Origin: a virus
Taxonomy: Duplodnaviria > Caudoviricetes
Virus record (IMG/VR): IMGVR_UViG_3300036781_000813
Coordinates: 2,095 to 66,094 of that record
Strand: one strand, 5' to 3'
Length of the DNA: 64,000 nt
Shown piece by piece: positions 8,123 through 17,208 of the stretch. The notes under the pieces were generated by a model. It saw only the letters and a program-made list of their open reading frames with translations. It did no database searches and was not told the origin of the DNA. Positions within the stretch are counted from its first letter, which is position 1, and each line of letters begins with the position of its first letter. The translations under genes and the position numbers were made by a program.

Positions 8123-8761
8123 TCACGCGAAATCGAAGGTGGTCGTCACACCGGCCGGGTGCTGAAAGATCCCGGTCTGCGTCACGATGGCCCGCTCGGC
8201 CGCCGACGTCGGAAACTCGAAGACGTATTGCATCGTCATGTCGGCGGGGTCGGTGACGTAGCAATTGCCGCGGCCGGGAAAGAGCAGCTGCAGCACCTTG
8301 TTAATCGCGGGGATCGTGCCCTCGCAGATGTTGGCCAAAGCCTTGGCAAGGATGGCCTTCCGGTAGACGTCGTCGGACATCAGGAAGGTCGAGGTCAGCG
8401 CCTGCCCGCTGTAGTACGGCGCGCTATTGAAGGGCTCGATGTCATCCGGGCCCATCTCGTCGAAACCGAAGTATTTGACCGGGACCTTGAGCGCGCGGCC
8501 GATGACGACGATGCGGCCCCAGACGTCGAGCCCCCAGCCCTGCGCCGTATCGACGTTCCAGACCAGATCGTAGAAGCGGTCGATGTTCGCGGTCTGGTCG
8601 AAGGCATCCGAGAACGATGCGATCAGGTTCATGGTCCGGTCGGCGTTCGCGTACTGCGACATGACCGTTTGCTGCCATGCGAACGGCTGAGGACCGATAC
8701 CGGTGACGCCGACCGACAGCGGCGGTGGCGCCGGTGGGGCCGGGAAGAAGTTGTTGGGCAT
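8123..8761 (-). CDS. Baseplate wedge protein (DUF2612-like)
   Basis: SQYAN...WNVDTAQGWGLDVWGRIV...DDVYRKAILAKALANI. Confidence 0.85.
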   Translation of the reverse strand: MPNNFFPAPPAPPPLSVGVTGIGPQPFAWQQTVMSQYANADRTMNLIASFSDAFDQTANIDRFYDLVWNVDTAQGWGLDVWGRIVVIGRALKVPVKYFGFDEMGPDDIEPFNSAPYYSGQALTSTFLMSDDVYRKAILAKALANICEGTIPAINKVLQLLFPGRGNCYVTDPADMTMQYVFEFPTSAAERAIVTQTGIFQHPAGVTTTFDFA

Positions 8762-9025
8762 CTACTTCTTTGGCGGCAGCGCTTTTGGCGTCTCGGGATG
8801 CTGGGTGGCACGGAGTTTGCGCGCCATCACGGTCGCGGCCTCGGCGCAGAGCAGGCCCTTCGCCTTCACGCACTCGTCCAGCATCTGGATGGTGACGTCG
8901 ATCTCGGCGTCGGTGAGCTTTACGGTCCGCTCCACCGGCATGTGCACGGACTGCGCGGGCGGCTCCGCGAAGGCGCCCGTCGAGCAAGCCGCCAGCGACA
9001 GGATGGAGAGGGCAAAGCGTTTCAT
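8762..9025 (-). CDS. Small protein with a signal peptide
   Basis: MKRFALSILSLAACSTGAFA N-terminus. Confidence 0.65.
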   Translation of the reverse strand: MKRFALSILSLAACSTGAFAEPPAQSVHMPVERTVKLTDAEIDVTIQMLDECVKAKGLLCAEAATVMARKLRATQHPETPKALPPKK

Positions 9026-9267
9026 TGGTGTGATCCTGGGCCGGGCGTGCTTGGGACGAGCGACGCGATTTCGCTGTAGTCGACCTGTGGCAGGGCGCTG
9101 AGATAGTCGTGGAACTCGGCGTGTGCGGGATCGGCCAGCACTTCGACGCCGAGATAGAACCGGCCGTCCGTGAGCGGGAGCGGCTGGAGAGAAGCAAGCG
9201 GCGTCTCATCCGACATGCCTCGCACATGTGCGGCGTCATCTGCGGAGAGCAGGATCACGCTGGCCAT
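9022..9267 (-). CDS. Small acidic hypothetical protein
   Basis: Coupled ORF in the tail cluster. Confidence 0.6.
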   Translation of the reverse strand: MASVILLSADDAAHVRGMSDETPLASLQPLPLTDGRFYLGVEVLADPAHAEFHDYLSALPQVDYSEIASLVPSTPGPGSHQ

Positions 9268-10145
9268 CAAAGGCCTGCAAGATAAGTGGAGAACCGCGTG
9301 CCAAGGGCGGCACGAAGCGTGCTCGACAGATGCCCGCCGCAGAAGGACATCGCTCCGTTGGCGGGGGCCGGTCGGGAAAAGTCGTTGGCGGTGCCGTGCG
9401 TCCCGCCGAGATAGAATGTCTGGTCTACAACCGCGTTGGATGTCTGATTGGCGGTCTCGACTAGGCCGTTGGCGCGGTACAAAGCATTCGTGGTTGAGCT
9501 ATCGCGGTCCGCGATCCAGAGGCCAGTAGTCGTGCCTGGAGTCGCCCCGCCACTATCGGCATCGAGATCATTGACGCCCGAATACGCGTTTCCATCTGTA
9601 AAGGCGGCCCAAATGATTGCCCTGCTACCGCCACCGAATTGAAAGGACCCCATCTGGGTGCCGTTGACCTGCGATAGGCTAGTATTCTGGAACCATCCAA
9701 ATGAAGCGCTGTTCAGCGTGTAGTTGCTGCCGGGCACCAGCAACTGGACATAGCTCGATGAGCCGTCCGTCGTGATGCCCGATCTGGCTGTGAACGTCGG
9801 GCTGTTGACCAGCGTCGCAGCGGCGCGTGTCTTGAGGTCGATGGTCGCCTGCTGCACGTTCTCGGCGGCATGCAGGAACTGCCAGTCAAGGACCGCCCAG
9901 ACGCCATCCGTCTTCTCGCCCGCGATCAGCGCGCTCACATTTGCGAGCTGTGAACCGCTGACCGTGCCTCCTGCTGTGACAACAGCCGCCTGCCAAGCCA
10001 ATGCATCAGGATCGATGTTGCTTTTGGTGGCGATGAGAGACGCTCGCGAGGAGCCCACAACAGCCGTCGCCACGTTGGGCAGGAGCGCCGCCCAAACCAG
10101 CAGTACCGATGCCAGTACCCCGGCGAGGAGTCCCCGGCGACGCAT
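9267..10145 (-). CDS. Fibre-associated beta-rich protein with a signal-like N-terminus
   Basis: MRRRGLLAGVLASVLLVWAALL, then DPDALAWQAAVVTAGG...GVWAVLD. Confidence 0.7.
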   Translation of the reverse strand: MRRRGLLAGVLASVLLVWAALLPNVATAVVGSSRASLIATKSNIDPDALAWQAAVVTAGGTVSGSQLANVSALIAGEKTDGVWAVLDWQFLHAAENVQQATIDLKTRAAATLVNSPTFTARSGITTDGSSSYVQLLVPGSNYTLNSASFGWFQNTSLSQVNGTQMGSFQFGGGSRAIIWAAFTDGNAYSGVNDLDADSGGATPGTTTGLWIADRDSSTTNALYRANGLVETANQTSNAVVDQTFYLGGTHGTANDFSRPAPANGAMSFCGGHLSSTLRAALGTRFSTYLAGL

Positions 10146-10146
10146 C

Positions 10147-12534
10147 TTAGTAATTCTGCCCGCCAACGAAGCCGTACCAGGTCGTGCCGCCGTTATTGGT
10201 AACGAAGGTCAGCACGTCGACCTTGCCGCTCGTGGCGGTGAGGGTCGGTGCCGTGCCGCCGGGCCATTTCACTGACGACCCCCACGTCTGCGTCCGGCTA
10301 GAGCCGTTGCTGGTCATCACCAGCGTGAATGCCTGCGCGGTCGAGGCTGTCGCGTTGCTGATCGTGAAGGTGTTGATGTTCGCGCTGTTGGTGACGTTGA
10401 ACACCGTCCCTTGCGTCAGGTCGATGGTCAGGACGTTCGACGTGATGGACGGCGCGCTGAACGTCTCGATAATCGAGGTCGTCTTGATCGACGAAGAGAA
10501 TGTCTGAGCGCCGGACCACGTCAGGCTCCCGCCAATGGTTCCCGACAGGGTCGGCGAGGCCGCGAAGACCAGCGCGCCGGACCCCGTTTCGTCGGTCACG
10601 GCCCCCGCGAGATTACCGCTCGTCGGCGTCACCAGGAACGCCGACACTCCACTGCCGAATCCGGTCACGCCCGAGACTGGAAGACCAGAGCCATTGGTCA
10701 GTGTTACAGCCGATGGCGTGCCGAGGTTCGGCGTGGTCATGACGCAGCTCGTCGTCATGCAGACGTTGCCGGAACCGCTGATCGTGTACTCGCCCAGCGT
10801 GCCGCTGTTGTCGAACAGGACGCGGGTATTGGTGCCACTGGTGATCGTGGTCGAGCCGACGGTCAGGCCGCTGCCCCCGGAGCCGATCTGTGTCCACGTC
10901 GTGCCGCTGCCGGAGCTGCTGTTGTAGTAAGGCGCACCATCGCTGCGGATGTAGAGCGAGCCCTGTGCCGTGCTGAGGGTCGGAGCACCGGACCCAAAGT
11001 AGACGCCTAGATTGGCGGTGGTGCTGCCCTTGACGAGATAGTCGGCATTGTTGCCGCCCGCGGGTACGGCAGTGGCGTTGAAGACTGTCGCACCAGCAGT
11101 CAGCGAGACCGAGGTGCCTGTCGCGGCACCGATCGCCGGGGTCGTCAGTGATGGCGTGTTGGCGAAGACCAGAGCACCAGACCCGGTTTCATCGGTGATG
11201 GCCGAGGCGAGGTTCGCGCTGCTGGGCGTGGCGAGCCATGTCGCGATGCCGGTCCCGAGACCCGAGATGCCGGTACTGACCGGAAGGCCTGTGCCGCTGG
11301 TCAGAGTGATTGCGGACGGGGTCCCGAGGTTCGGGGTCGTGAGCACGGGGGACGTCGCGAGAACGATATTGCCGCTGCCCGTGGACGTGTTGCCGAGCAC
11401 CGTCGCCGTACCCGTGGCGGCGGGGAACGTGATGGTGTTCGAACCAGCGGCCGAAGGGACCGCCAGCGTGATCGTGCCCGTCGACGAGCCGTTCAGGATC
11501 ACGGAGCCCGCGGTGCCGGACTGGCCGAGCGTGAGAGCACCCGCAGAGACCGTGACGTTGGCGTTGCCGCTGACTGCCGACGAGCTCGTGGCGTAGTACG
11601 CCAGTTGGCCCGCAGTGCCCGAATTGACGGTGCCGGAACCCGAGATCGAATTGCACCCGAACCCGCTGCCTGAGGTCCACGTCAGGGCATTGGACGAGGA
11701 ACTGCACGAGGGCATGGAGAACGCGATGGGCGACGCCGAGGAGCCCGTACCATTGGCGACCACGGTGTCGGCCGCGATGCTGGCGAGACCGCTGACAGGG
11801 AGGCCGGAGCCATTCGTCAGCGCGATCGCCGATGGGGTGCCGAGGTCCGGCGTGACGAGCGCGGCATTCGTGGTGAGCACGACGGCGCCCGTGCCATTGA
11901 CCGCCGAGATGGCCGTGCCGTTGATCTTGAAGACATTCCCGGCGCCAGCGGTGTCGTAGGTCTTGCCGGTCAGGGTATCGGTGGTGGCCTTGCCGACCAA
12001 GGTATCGGTCGCGGCCGGGAGGGACAGGACGGCAGACCCCAGCGCGCCCGTCACGGGCTGCAGGGTGATCGAGCCGGTGGTGGCGTTGTTGAGCGAGATG
12101 GCACCGACCGAGGTGCCGGAGACGCCGAGACCGATGGCGCTGGTGCCGTCATAGGTAAAGCCGTCGTTGCCGTCGAACGCGCCGGCGTTGTTCCACTGGA
12201 CGTTCCCGCTGGCGCCGCCCGGCGCACCACCCGCGGCGTCGATCTGGATCGACCCCTGCCCGTTGGTGATCGTGACGTTGCTGCCGGCCGTGAGCGTGTT
12301 CAGCGTATAGCCGGCGCCGTTGCCGATCAACAGTTGGCCGTTCGCCGGAGGGACGCCGCCGATGCCGTTGCCGTCGATCTTCCACGACCACCACATCGCC
12401 CATTCCTGTGGCGTCGGGACGTAGCCCCGGTACCAGTTCGGATAGGCGTAGGGCCCAATCGTGCTGGGCGTCGGAGACTGCGCGAAGGCAGCCGACGGCA
12501 GCAAGGCCAGCAGGAGGAGAAGCTTCCTGATCAT
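10147..12534 (-). CDS. Gly/Ser/Thr-rich fibre or adhesin-like protein with a signal-like N-terminus
   Basis: 795 aa, repeats TP(N/D)LGTPSAxxLTxGxGLPVS x3, and a C-terminal VKWPGGTAPTL...KVDVLTF fibre-tip domain. Confidence 0.8.
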   Translation of the reverse strand: MIRKLLLLLALLPSAAFAQSPTPSTIGPYAYPNWYRGYVPTPQEWAMWWSWKIDGNGIGGVPPANGQLLIGNGAGYTLNTLTAGSNVTITNGQGSIQIDAAGGAPGGASGNVQWNNAGAFDGNDGFTYDGTSAIGLGVSGTSVGAISLNNATTGSITLQPVTGALGSAVLSLPAATDTLVGKATTDTLTGKTYDTAGAGNVFKINGTAISAVNGTGAVVLTTNAALVTPDLGTPSAIALTNGSGLPVSGLASIAADTVVANGTGSSASPIAFSMPSCSSSSNALTWTSGSGFGCNSISGSGTVNSGTAGQLAYYATSSSAVSGNANVTVSAGALTLGQSGTAGSVILNGSSTGTITLAVPSAAGSNTITFPAATGTATVLGNTSTGSGNIVLATSPVLTTPNLGTPSAITLTSGTGLPVSTGISGLGTGIATWLATPSSANLASAITDETGSGALVFANTPSLTTPAIGAATGTSVSLTAGATVFNATAVPAGGNNADYLVKGSTTANLGVYFGSGAPTLSTAQGSLYIRSDGAPYYNSSSGSGTTWTQIGSGGSGLTVGSTTITSGTNTRVLFDNSGTLGEYTISGSGNVCMTTSCVMTTPNLGTPSAVTLTNGSGLPVSGVTGFGSGVSAFLVTPTSGNLAGAVTDETGSGALVFAASPTLSGTIGGSLTWSGAQTFSSSIKTTSIIETFSAPSITSNVLTIDLTQGTVFNVTNSANINTFTISNATASTAQAFTLVMTSNGSSRTQTWGSSVKWPGGTAPTLTATSGKVDVLTFVTNNGGTTWYGFVGGQNY

Positions 12535-14189
12535 ACCAGGGTCACCTGAATGTTTTCGGGCACGACCGTCGGTACCTGGGTGATCTTCGTCGGCACCCGG
12601 AACAGGGTCGCCGCCACGGTCTGCATGGCCTCGCTCGTGATCGGATCCGTGAACGTTGCCGAGAGGTTGTAGTCACCGGCGCCACCCGGCGTGCCGCTGG
12701 CCTGCGAAAGGATCGTGACGCCGTCCTGAATGCTTTCACCGAACAGCGTCTGGCCGACGGCGATGGTGCCGGTCACCACGCTTGCGGTGAGAACGGCGTC
12801 CGTGATCTCGCCCGTGAACGAGGCCGCCGGCGAATTGGTCGTGCCCAAGGTGATCTCGACGATCTCAGCCCAGTCGCCCAAGCCCTCTATGCCGGCATAG
12901 AAACGAGAGGCAAAGACCGTCGATCCGATTCCAGCCCTGCGACCGCCATCGGTTCCGGCAAAGGCCGCCACGACGGCGTTCTGGATGAGAGTGTTCGCAT
13001 TGGCCGGCACGGCGCTGCTGTTGGCGATCTGCACCAGCACGACGAACGAGAGCGGGTCCGGGATCTCGTAGACCACCGTGTAGGGGATGCCCGGTGGGGC
13101 ATATTGCGGGCTGGTATCGTAGACCGTGACCGTGGTGTTGCCGTTGTAGCCACAGCCCGGCGGTTTCTTCGTCCAGATCGCCGTGGCCACATCGGTTTCG
13201 CCACCGCCGACCACGGCCACATAGAGCGAGTGCGCGACAAGCACGGTGCCGCCCAGGTTCATCGTGGTCCCCGCCACGGTCTGGGAGTGGTTGACCACCC
13301 ATGACGTTCCGCTGCCGCTTATGATCGTGGTACCATCCGCAACACCGATGCCCAGCCCATCTGCGCCTGTGACGGTCTGCCCGGCCTTGATCGTGCCGGA
13401 GATGATCGCGGAAATGGTGAGCGTGGTGCCGGAGATCGAAGCCGAAACCACGGCCTCAGGGTTGACGCCGAGCTGGTAGCCGTTCTGGTTGTCCGTGACG
13501 TAGGCGTCGAGGACGCCGTCGACCTTGAGGACGGCGCCGAGGATCGAAGGCGCGAAGTTCTTGGCCCCGTTGAAGACCGAGGCCTCGCGACGTGCTTCGA
13601 ACGGGGCGCGGCCCTCGACGTTACGGCCGAGGACACCCGGGGCGGAATTGTTGACGGTGTCCCATCCCGGAATGGCCTGATAGATCTGGTTGATGCTGTT
13701 CGCAGGGCACGGGATCGGCCCCGTGGTCTGGTTGGCGAACTCGAGGTCTATCGTGCCAGATGCCGGGATCGTGCCCCCAGCGGAGGCATAGTACAGGTTG
13801 CCCGATGTATCGCGGACCAGCGTGCCGAAGGGGATGACGGTGTTCGGCAGGCCGATGCAGGTGCAGGTCACGACGGTCGATTGATCCGGCAGTCGCGACA
13901 GGAAGTAAATCCTGGCAATCGCGTCCTGCATGCGGCCGGTCGCGAAAGCGGGATCGACGCCGTTCGTGAGCGCCATGAACTGATACATGACGTTCGCGTA
14001 GATCGCGGACTCGCTGGTGACGAGCTGGCCCTGCGGCGTCGAATTGATCGGCGCACCACCCGAGGTCGTGAAGCTGAGGCCCGGGATTGCGGCCAGCCAG
14101 TCGGCGATGAAGCCGGCAAGGATGCTGGCCTCGTCCGGCGACATGAAGCCGCGATCGCCAAAAGTGGGCGCCGGTACGTTGGTGGGCAT
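12531..14189 (-). CDS. Baseplate J/gp47-like protein
   Basis: STPQGQL...DPAFATGRMQDAIARIYFLSR...GPIPCPA...GWDTVNN. Confidence 0.88.
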   Translation of the reverse strand: MPTNVPAPTFGDRGFMSPDEASILAGFIADWLAAIPGLSFTTSGGAPINSTPQGQLVTSESAIYANVMYQFMALTNGVDPAFATGRMQDAIARIYFLSRLPDQSTVVTCTCIGLPNTVIPFGTLVRDTSGNLYYASAGGTIPASGTIDLEFANQTTGPIPCPANSINQIYQAIPGWDTVNNSAPGVLGRNVEGRAPFEARREASVFNGAKNFAPSILGAVLKVDGVLDAYVTDNQNGYQLGVNPEAVVSASISGTTLTISAIISGTIKAGQTVTGADGLGIGVADGTTIISGSGTSWVVNHSQTVAGTTMNLGGTVLVAHSLYVAVVGGGETDVATAIWTKKPPGCGYNGNTTVTVYDTSPQYAPPGIPYTVVYEIPDPLSFVVLVQIANSSAVPANANTLIQNAVVAAFAGTDGGRRAGIGSTVFASRFYAGIEGLGDWAEIVEITLGTTNSPAASFTGEITDAVLTASVVTGTIAVGQTLFGESIQDGVTILSQASGTPGGAGDYNLSATFTDPITSEAMQTVAATLFRVPTKITQVPTVVPENIQVTLV

Positions 14190-14190
14190 A

Positions 14191-14541
14191 TCAGAAAGTC
14201 ACTCCCAACGTGACGCCACTCCGGTCCGTGAACTGCACCTGGCCCTGAAAAACGCGGTTCTCGAACGACGACAGGAAGCACTTCGCGGTCACCACACCCG
14301 GAACAGTCAGAGCAGCTTCAACCAGCTTGGCCTTGATGAACGAGGCCGGCGGGAACTTCCCGAGGATCGACTCCCAGTACGGAACGCCCTGTGTGGTGTC
14401 GTAGTAGAGCTCGCCCAGGAACAGGCGGACGGCCGAGGCGACGTCCTGCGCCATGGCGTAGGGGCCCGTCGTCACCGCGATATTGCCGGCGGTGTCGACC
14501 GTGAGGTCCCAATTGTCGGTGTCGAGAAGAAGTGATGCCAT
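14191..14541 (-). CDS. Baseplate wedge or sheath initiator protein
   Basis: WDLTVDTAGNIA...AQDVASAVRLFLGELYYDTTQGVPY. Confidence 0.8.
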   Translation of the reverse strand: MASLLLDTDNWDLTVDTAGNIAVTTGPYAMAQDVASAVRLFLGELYYDTTQGVPYWESILGKFPPASFIKAKLVEAALTVPGVVTAKCFLSSFENRVFQGQVQFTDRSGVTLGVTF

Positions 14542-14573
14542 GCGTCACCCCGTCAGCGGGTGGTTACGCGCCT

Positions 14574-14915
14574 TCAGCCGACGCCAGGCGGTAGTTCCTC
14601 GGGCTCGATCCAGAGCAACACGAAGTCGCTGCCGAGCCCGGTGTAGTACGGGTCCCTGCCCTGCCCTGTCGTGTCGTAGAAGACGAGATCGCCCTGAAAG
14701 CCGAGATACAGATCGCGGACGATGCGGTTCAGGTTCTCCGCGATGACGCCGCCGATGATCAGGGCGTTGTTGACATATAAGTCAACGTAGATGCCCATCG
14801 TCATCATGAAGGCCGGGACGTTCTTCTGCCGGACTTTGATCTGGCAGATTTGATCGCCCAGCACGACCGAGAATGACTGCGACGACACTGGCGAAAGCGG
14901 GATCAGTTGCGTCAT
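14574..14915 (-). CDS. Baseplate plug-like protein
   Basis: IPLSPVSSQSFSVVLGDQ...YLGFQGDLVFYDT...GLGS, plus synteny. Confidence 0.75.
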   Translation of the reverse strand: MTQLIPLSPVSSQSFSVVLGDQICQIKVRQKNVPAFMMTMGIYVDLYVNNALIIGGVIAENLNRIVRDLYLGFQGDLVFYDTTGQGRDPYYTGLGSDFVLLWIEPEELPPGVG

Positions 14916-14918
14916 CTC

Positions 14919-15497
14919 TCAAAGCGGCTTCACGCCTGCGGCCAGCTGGTAGGCATCGGTCTGCACCTGTCCTCCCATTATTCCGGACGCGCTCGCGGGA
15001 TCGGTCGGGTCGCTGATCGGCGTCGCGTTTGGATTGGTGCCCGTGGGATTGCTGCCGCCGAGCGACGCCGAAACCGTGTTGCGAATCTCGATCAGATGAA
15101 TCTCGACCTTGATGAGACCAGCTCTGCCGTCACGTCGATTCCAGTCGACGTGCGTGATGTTGGCCTTGGGGAAGGTCTTTTCCGGCGTGACCACGGCGTA
15201 GGTCTTGAGGTCGCCCTGGATGGCCTGAATAGAGTCGAGCAACGCCTGTCGGTTCGCGAAGCTTCCACCTGACGAGAACATCACGCGATATTCGCCCGGT
15301 AGCTCGACCTTGTTGTAACTCTCGAATGCGCCCTGCTCGAGCGGATAGTCAGCGACGCTGTAGTCCTTCTTTTGCTCAACGCTCAGGACGTTATCGAACG
15401 TCACCGCCGGCGAGCCGCCAGTGGTGTAGATGCCCCACTGCTGAAGGAACGGGATGCCGCTGAAGTTGATGAGGTCGGTGACGAGAAGACTGACCAT
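14919..15497 (-). CDS. Baseplate or tube-initiator (Dit-like) protein
   Basis: VADYPLEQGAFESYNKVELP...VVTPEKT. Confidence 0.75.
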   Translation of the reverse strand: MVSLLVTDLINFSGIPFLQQWGIYTTGGSPAVTFDNVLSVEQKKDYSVADYPLEQGAFESYNKVELPGEYRVMFSSGGSFANRQALLDSIQAIQGDLKTYAVVTPEKTFPKANITHVDWNRRDGRAGLIKVEIHLIEIRNTVSASLGGSNPTGTNPNATPISDPTDPASASGIMGGQVQTDAYQLAAGVKPL

Positions 15498-15511
15498 GGG
15501 TCACCGCACAA

Positions 15512-16390
15512 TCAAGTGGGCACGGGTTGATAGCCCGGCACGACGCAATCGATATCGCTAAACCACGGGCCGCGGGGTGTCTGGGATGCGAGCGAATGCG
15601 TGATATTGAACGTCGTGTAGGTGCCGTTCGCCTGTTTGACGAAGCTGTCTTTCACTTGCACCTGAGAGCCGAAGCGAATCGCCGGATTAAACAACGTCCG
15701 AATGCTGATGCCGTTCGGAATGAAGGTCGGATACCCCACAAGGCCCGTCGACGGGGACACGATCGATATCGTGCCCTTGCGGAACTGTCCGCGCGGCCAA
15801 ATTGCCAGCACGTTGCCCTCACCCGCGTTCCACTCGATGCCAGCCTGTTGCACGAGCTCAAGCATCTGCTCGCGCGCCGTACTCGCCACGTAGGTGACGG
15901 GCAACATCACATGGACGCCATTGTTCTCGAACTGCCAGCCCACTTGTTGCGCGAGTTGCGCTAGTGCGTCCTCAACAGCCACGGCCTGCGCGTAGCTAGA
16001 TGGCGTAGTCGGCTTCAGTGCCTCAAGCGTGCCCGTCGAACCCATGACCCTCATGGCGACGTCGGGAGAGGCATTGAAATCTGCCCACGCGTTGACGATC
16101 GAGCCGTCGAACACCTTTGTCATCGGGCCGCCAGTAGAGCCAGCAAAGACGCTGACGAAATTGGCGCGCTGGGTTGTGATCACTTGTCCCAGCGTCATGA
16201 GCTGGTTCATCTGCGACAGAGTGAGGCCGTACACGGTTAGATCGAGCGACGGCAGGGCGGCGCCGCCGGCATTGGCGACGCGCGCCGTTGCCCTCACGCG
16301 CTCCACTGTGAACGAACTGAATCCGCCTAGGCCGTAGGTGCCCAAGCCGATGTTGAAGACGATACGGAGATTACGTTCTTCAAGTGCCAC
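15512..16390 (-). CDS. Baseplate hub protein
   Basis: FDGSIVNAWADF...FENNGV...TGLVGYP...LFNPAIRFG. Confidence 0.8.
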   Translation of the reverse strand: MALEERNLRIVFNIGLGTYGLGGFSSFTVERVRATARVANAGGAALPSLDLTVYGLTLSQMNQLMTLGQVITTQRANFVSVFAGSTGGPMTKVFDGSIVNAWADFNASPDVAMRVMGSTGTLEALKPTTPSSYAQAVAVEDALAQLAQQVGWQFENNGVHVMLPVTYVASTAREQMLELVQQAGIEWNAGEGNVLAIWPRGQFRKGTISIVSPSTGLVGYPTFIPNGISIRTLFNPAIRFGSQVQVKDSFVKQANGTYTTFNITHSLASQTPRGPWFSDIDCVVPGYQPVPT

Positions 16391-16392
16391 GA

Positions 16393-17208
16393 TCAGGTCC
16401 CGGGCGTCGGTGGGTTTGTCTCGGCCTCTGTATCCCCGTGGCTATCGTTGGGCTGGGCGTGGGTGTGCGTCGTCAGTCCGACGCCGCTGCCGCTCGTGTT
16501 GCCCGTGACGAGGCCCGTGATCTCCATTGCGCCGATCACCTTGAACAGCGGCGTCGTCAGCTCGACTGTCCCGGCCTTCATGTTGAAGATGTTGCCGTTC
16601 TTGTCGGTGATCTTGATGCCGGCGCTGGTCATCAGGATCGTGTTGTTCTGCTTGTCGACGGCCTTGATGCCGTCGGCATTCAACAGGACATCATTGCCGT
16701 TGCGGTCGTGAACCTCGATGCCCGGCGAACCGTCGCCCGTATCGAAGAACCGGACATATTGATCAGGCGTCCCGTTCAGAAAGCCACCGAAGTACATGCC
16801 ATCGGCGAGATTGAAGCGGCGATAGCTGCCGGGGTTCGCGATGTCCTTGCTGGCCTTCACCGCCGAACTGTCGCGGTCGCAGATCACTGCAACGCCGATA
16901 TCTCCCACCTTGGGGTCGCAGATGATGGCGTCTTGCCCGCCTTGCAGCCGGAAGTACGGGAGATCGTAGACGGTGCCGTGCTCCGTCACGACGCCGCCGC
17001 CGTCCATCTGGTTGACCATCGGCTGAACATCGACGCGGCCGACGGGTTCCACGCCGCCGTTGTTCGTGACCTTCAGCACCTTGACCAGCTTCGCCGTCGA
17101 GATGCGGCCCAGCATTTGGCGGGCCGTGAACATCGAAAGGTTGCCGTCGTTTCCATCCGACGAGAGGCCTTGCTGGCCGGAGTAGCTTGAGGGACCGGTG
17201 CCGGACAC
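16393..17208 (-). CDS. Baseplate spike (gpV/gp45-like)
   Basis: VDVQPMVNQ...PYFRLQGG...DPKVGDIG...CDRD, with a C-terminal THTH metal-binding tip. Confidence 0.88.
   Translation of the reverse strand: MSGTGPSSYSGQQGLSSDGNDGNLSMFTARQMLGRISTAKLVKVLKVTNNGGVEPVGRVDVQPMVNQMDGGGVVTEHGTVYDLPYFRLQGGQDAIICDPKVGDIGVAVICDRDSSAVKASKDIANPGSYRRFNLADGMYFGGFLNGTPDQYVRFFDTGDGSPGIEVHDRNGNDVLLNADGIKAVDKQNNTILMTSAGIKITDKNGNIFNMKAGTVELTTPLFKVIGAMEITGLVTGNTSGSGVGLTTHTHAQPNDSHGDTEAETNPPTPGT

Noticed and set aside
5868-12534. Possible diversity-generating retroelement or invertible tail-fibre system
   Set aside because: No reverse transcriptase, invertase or template/variable repeat pair is seen.
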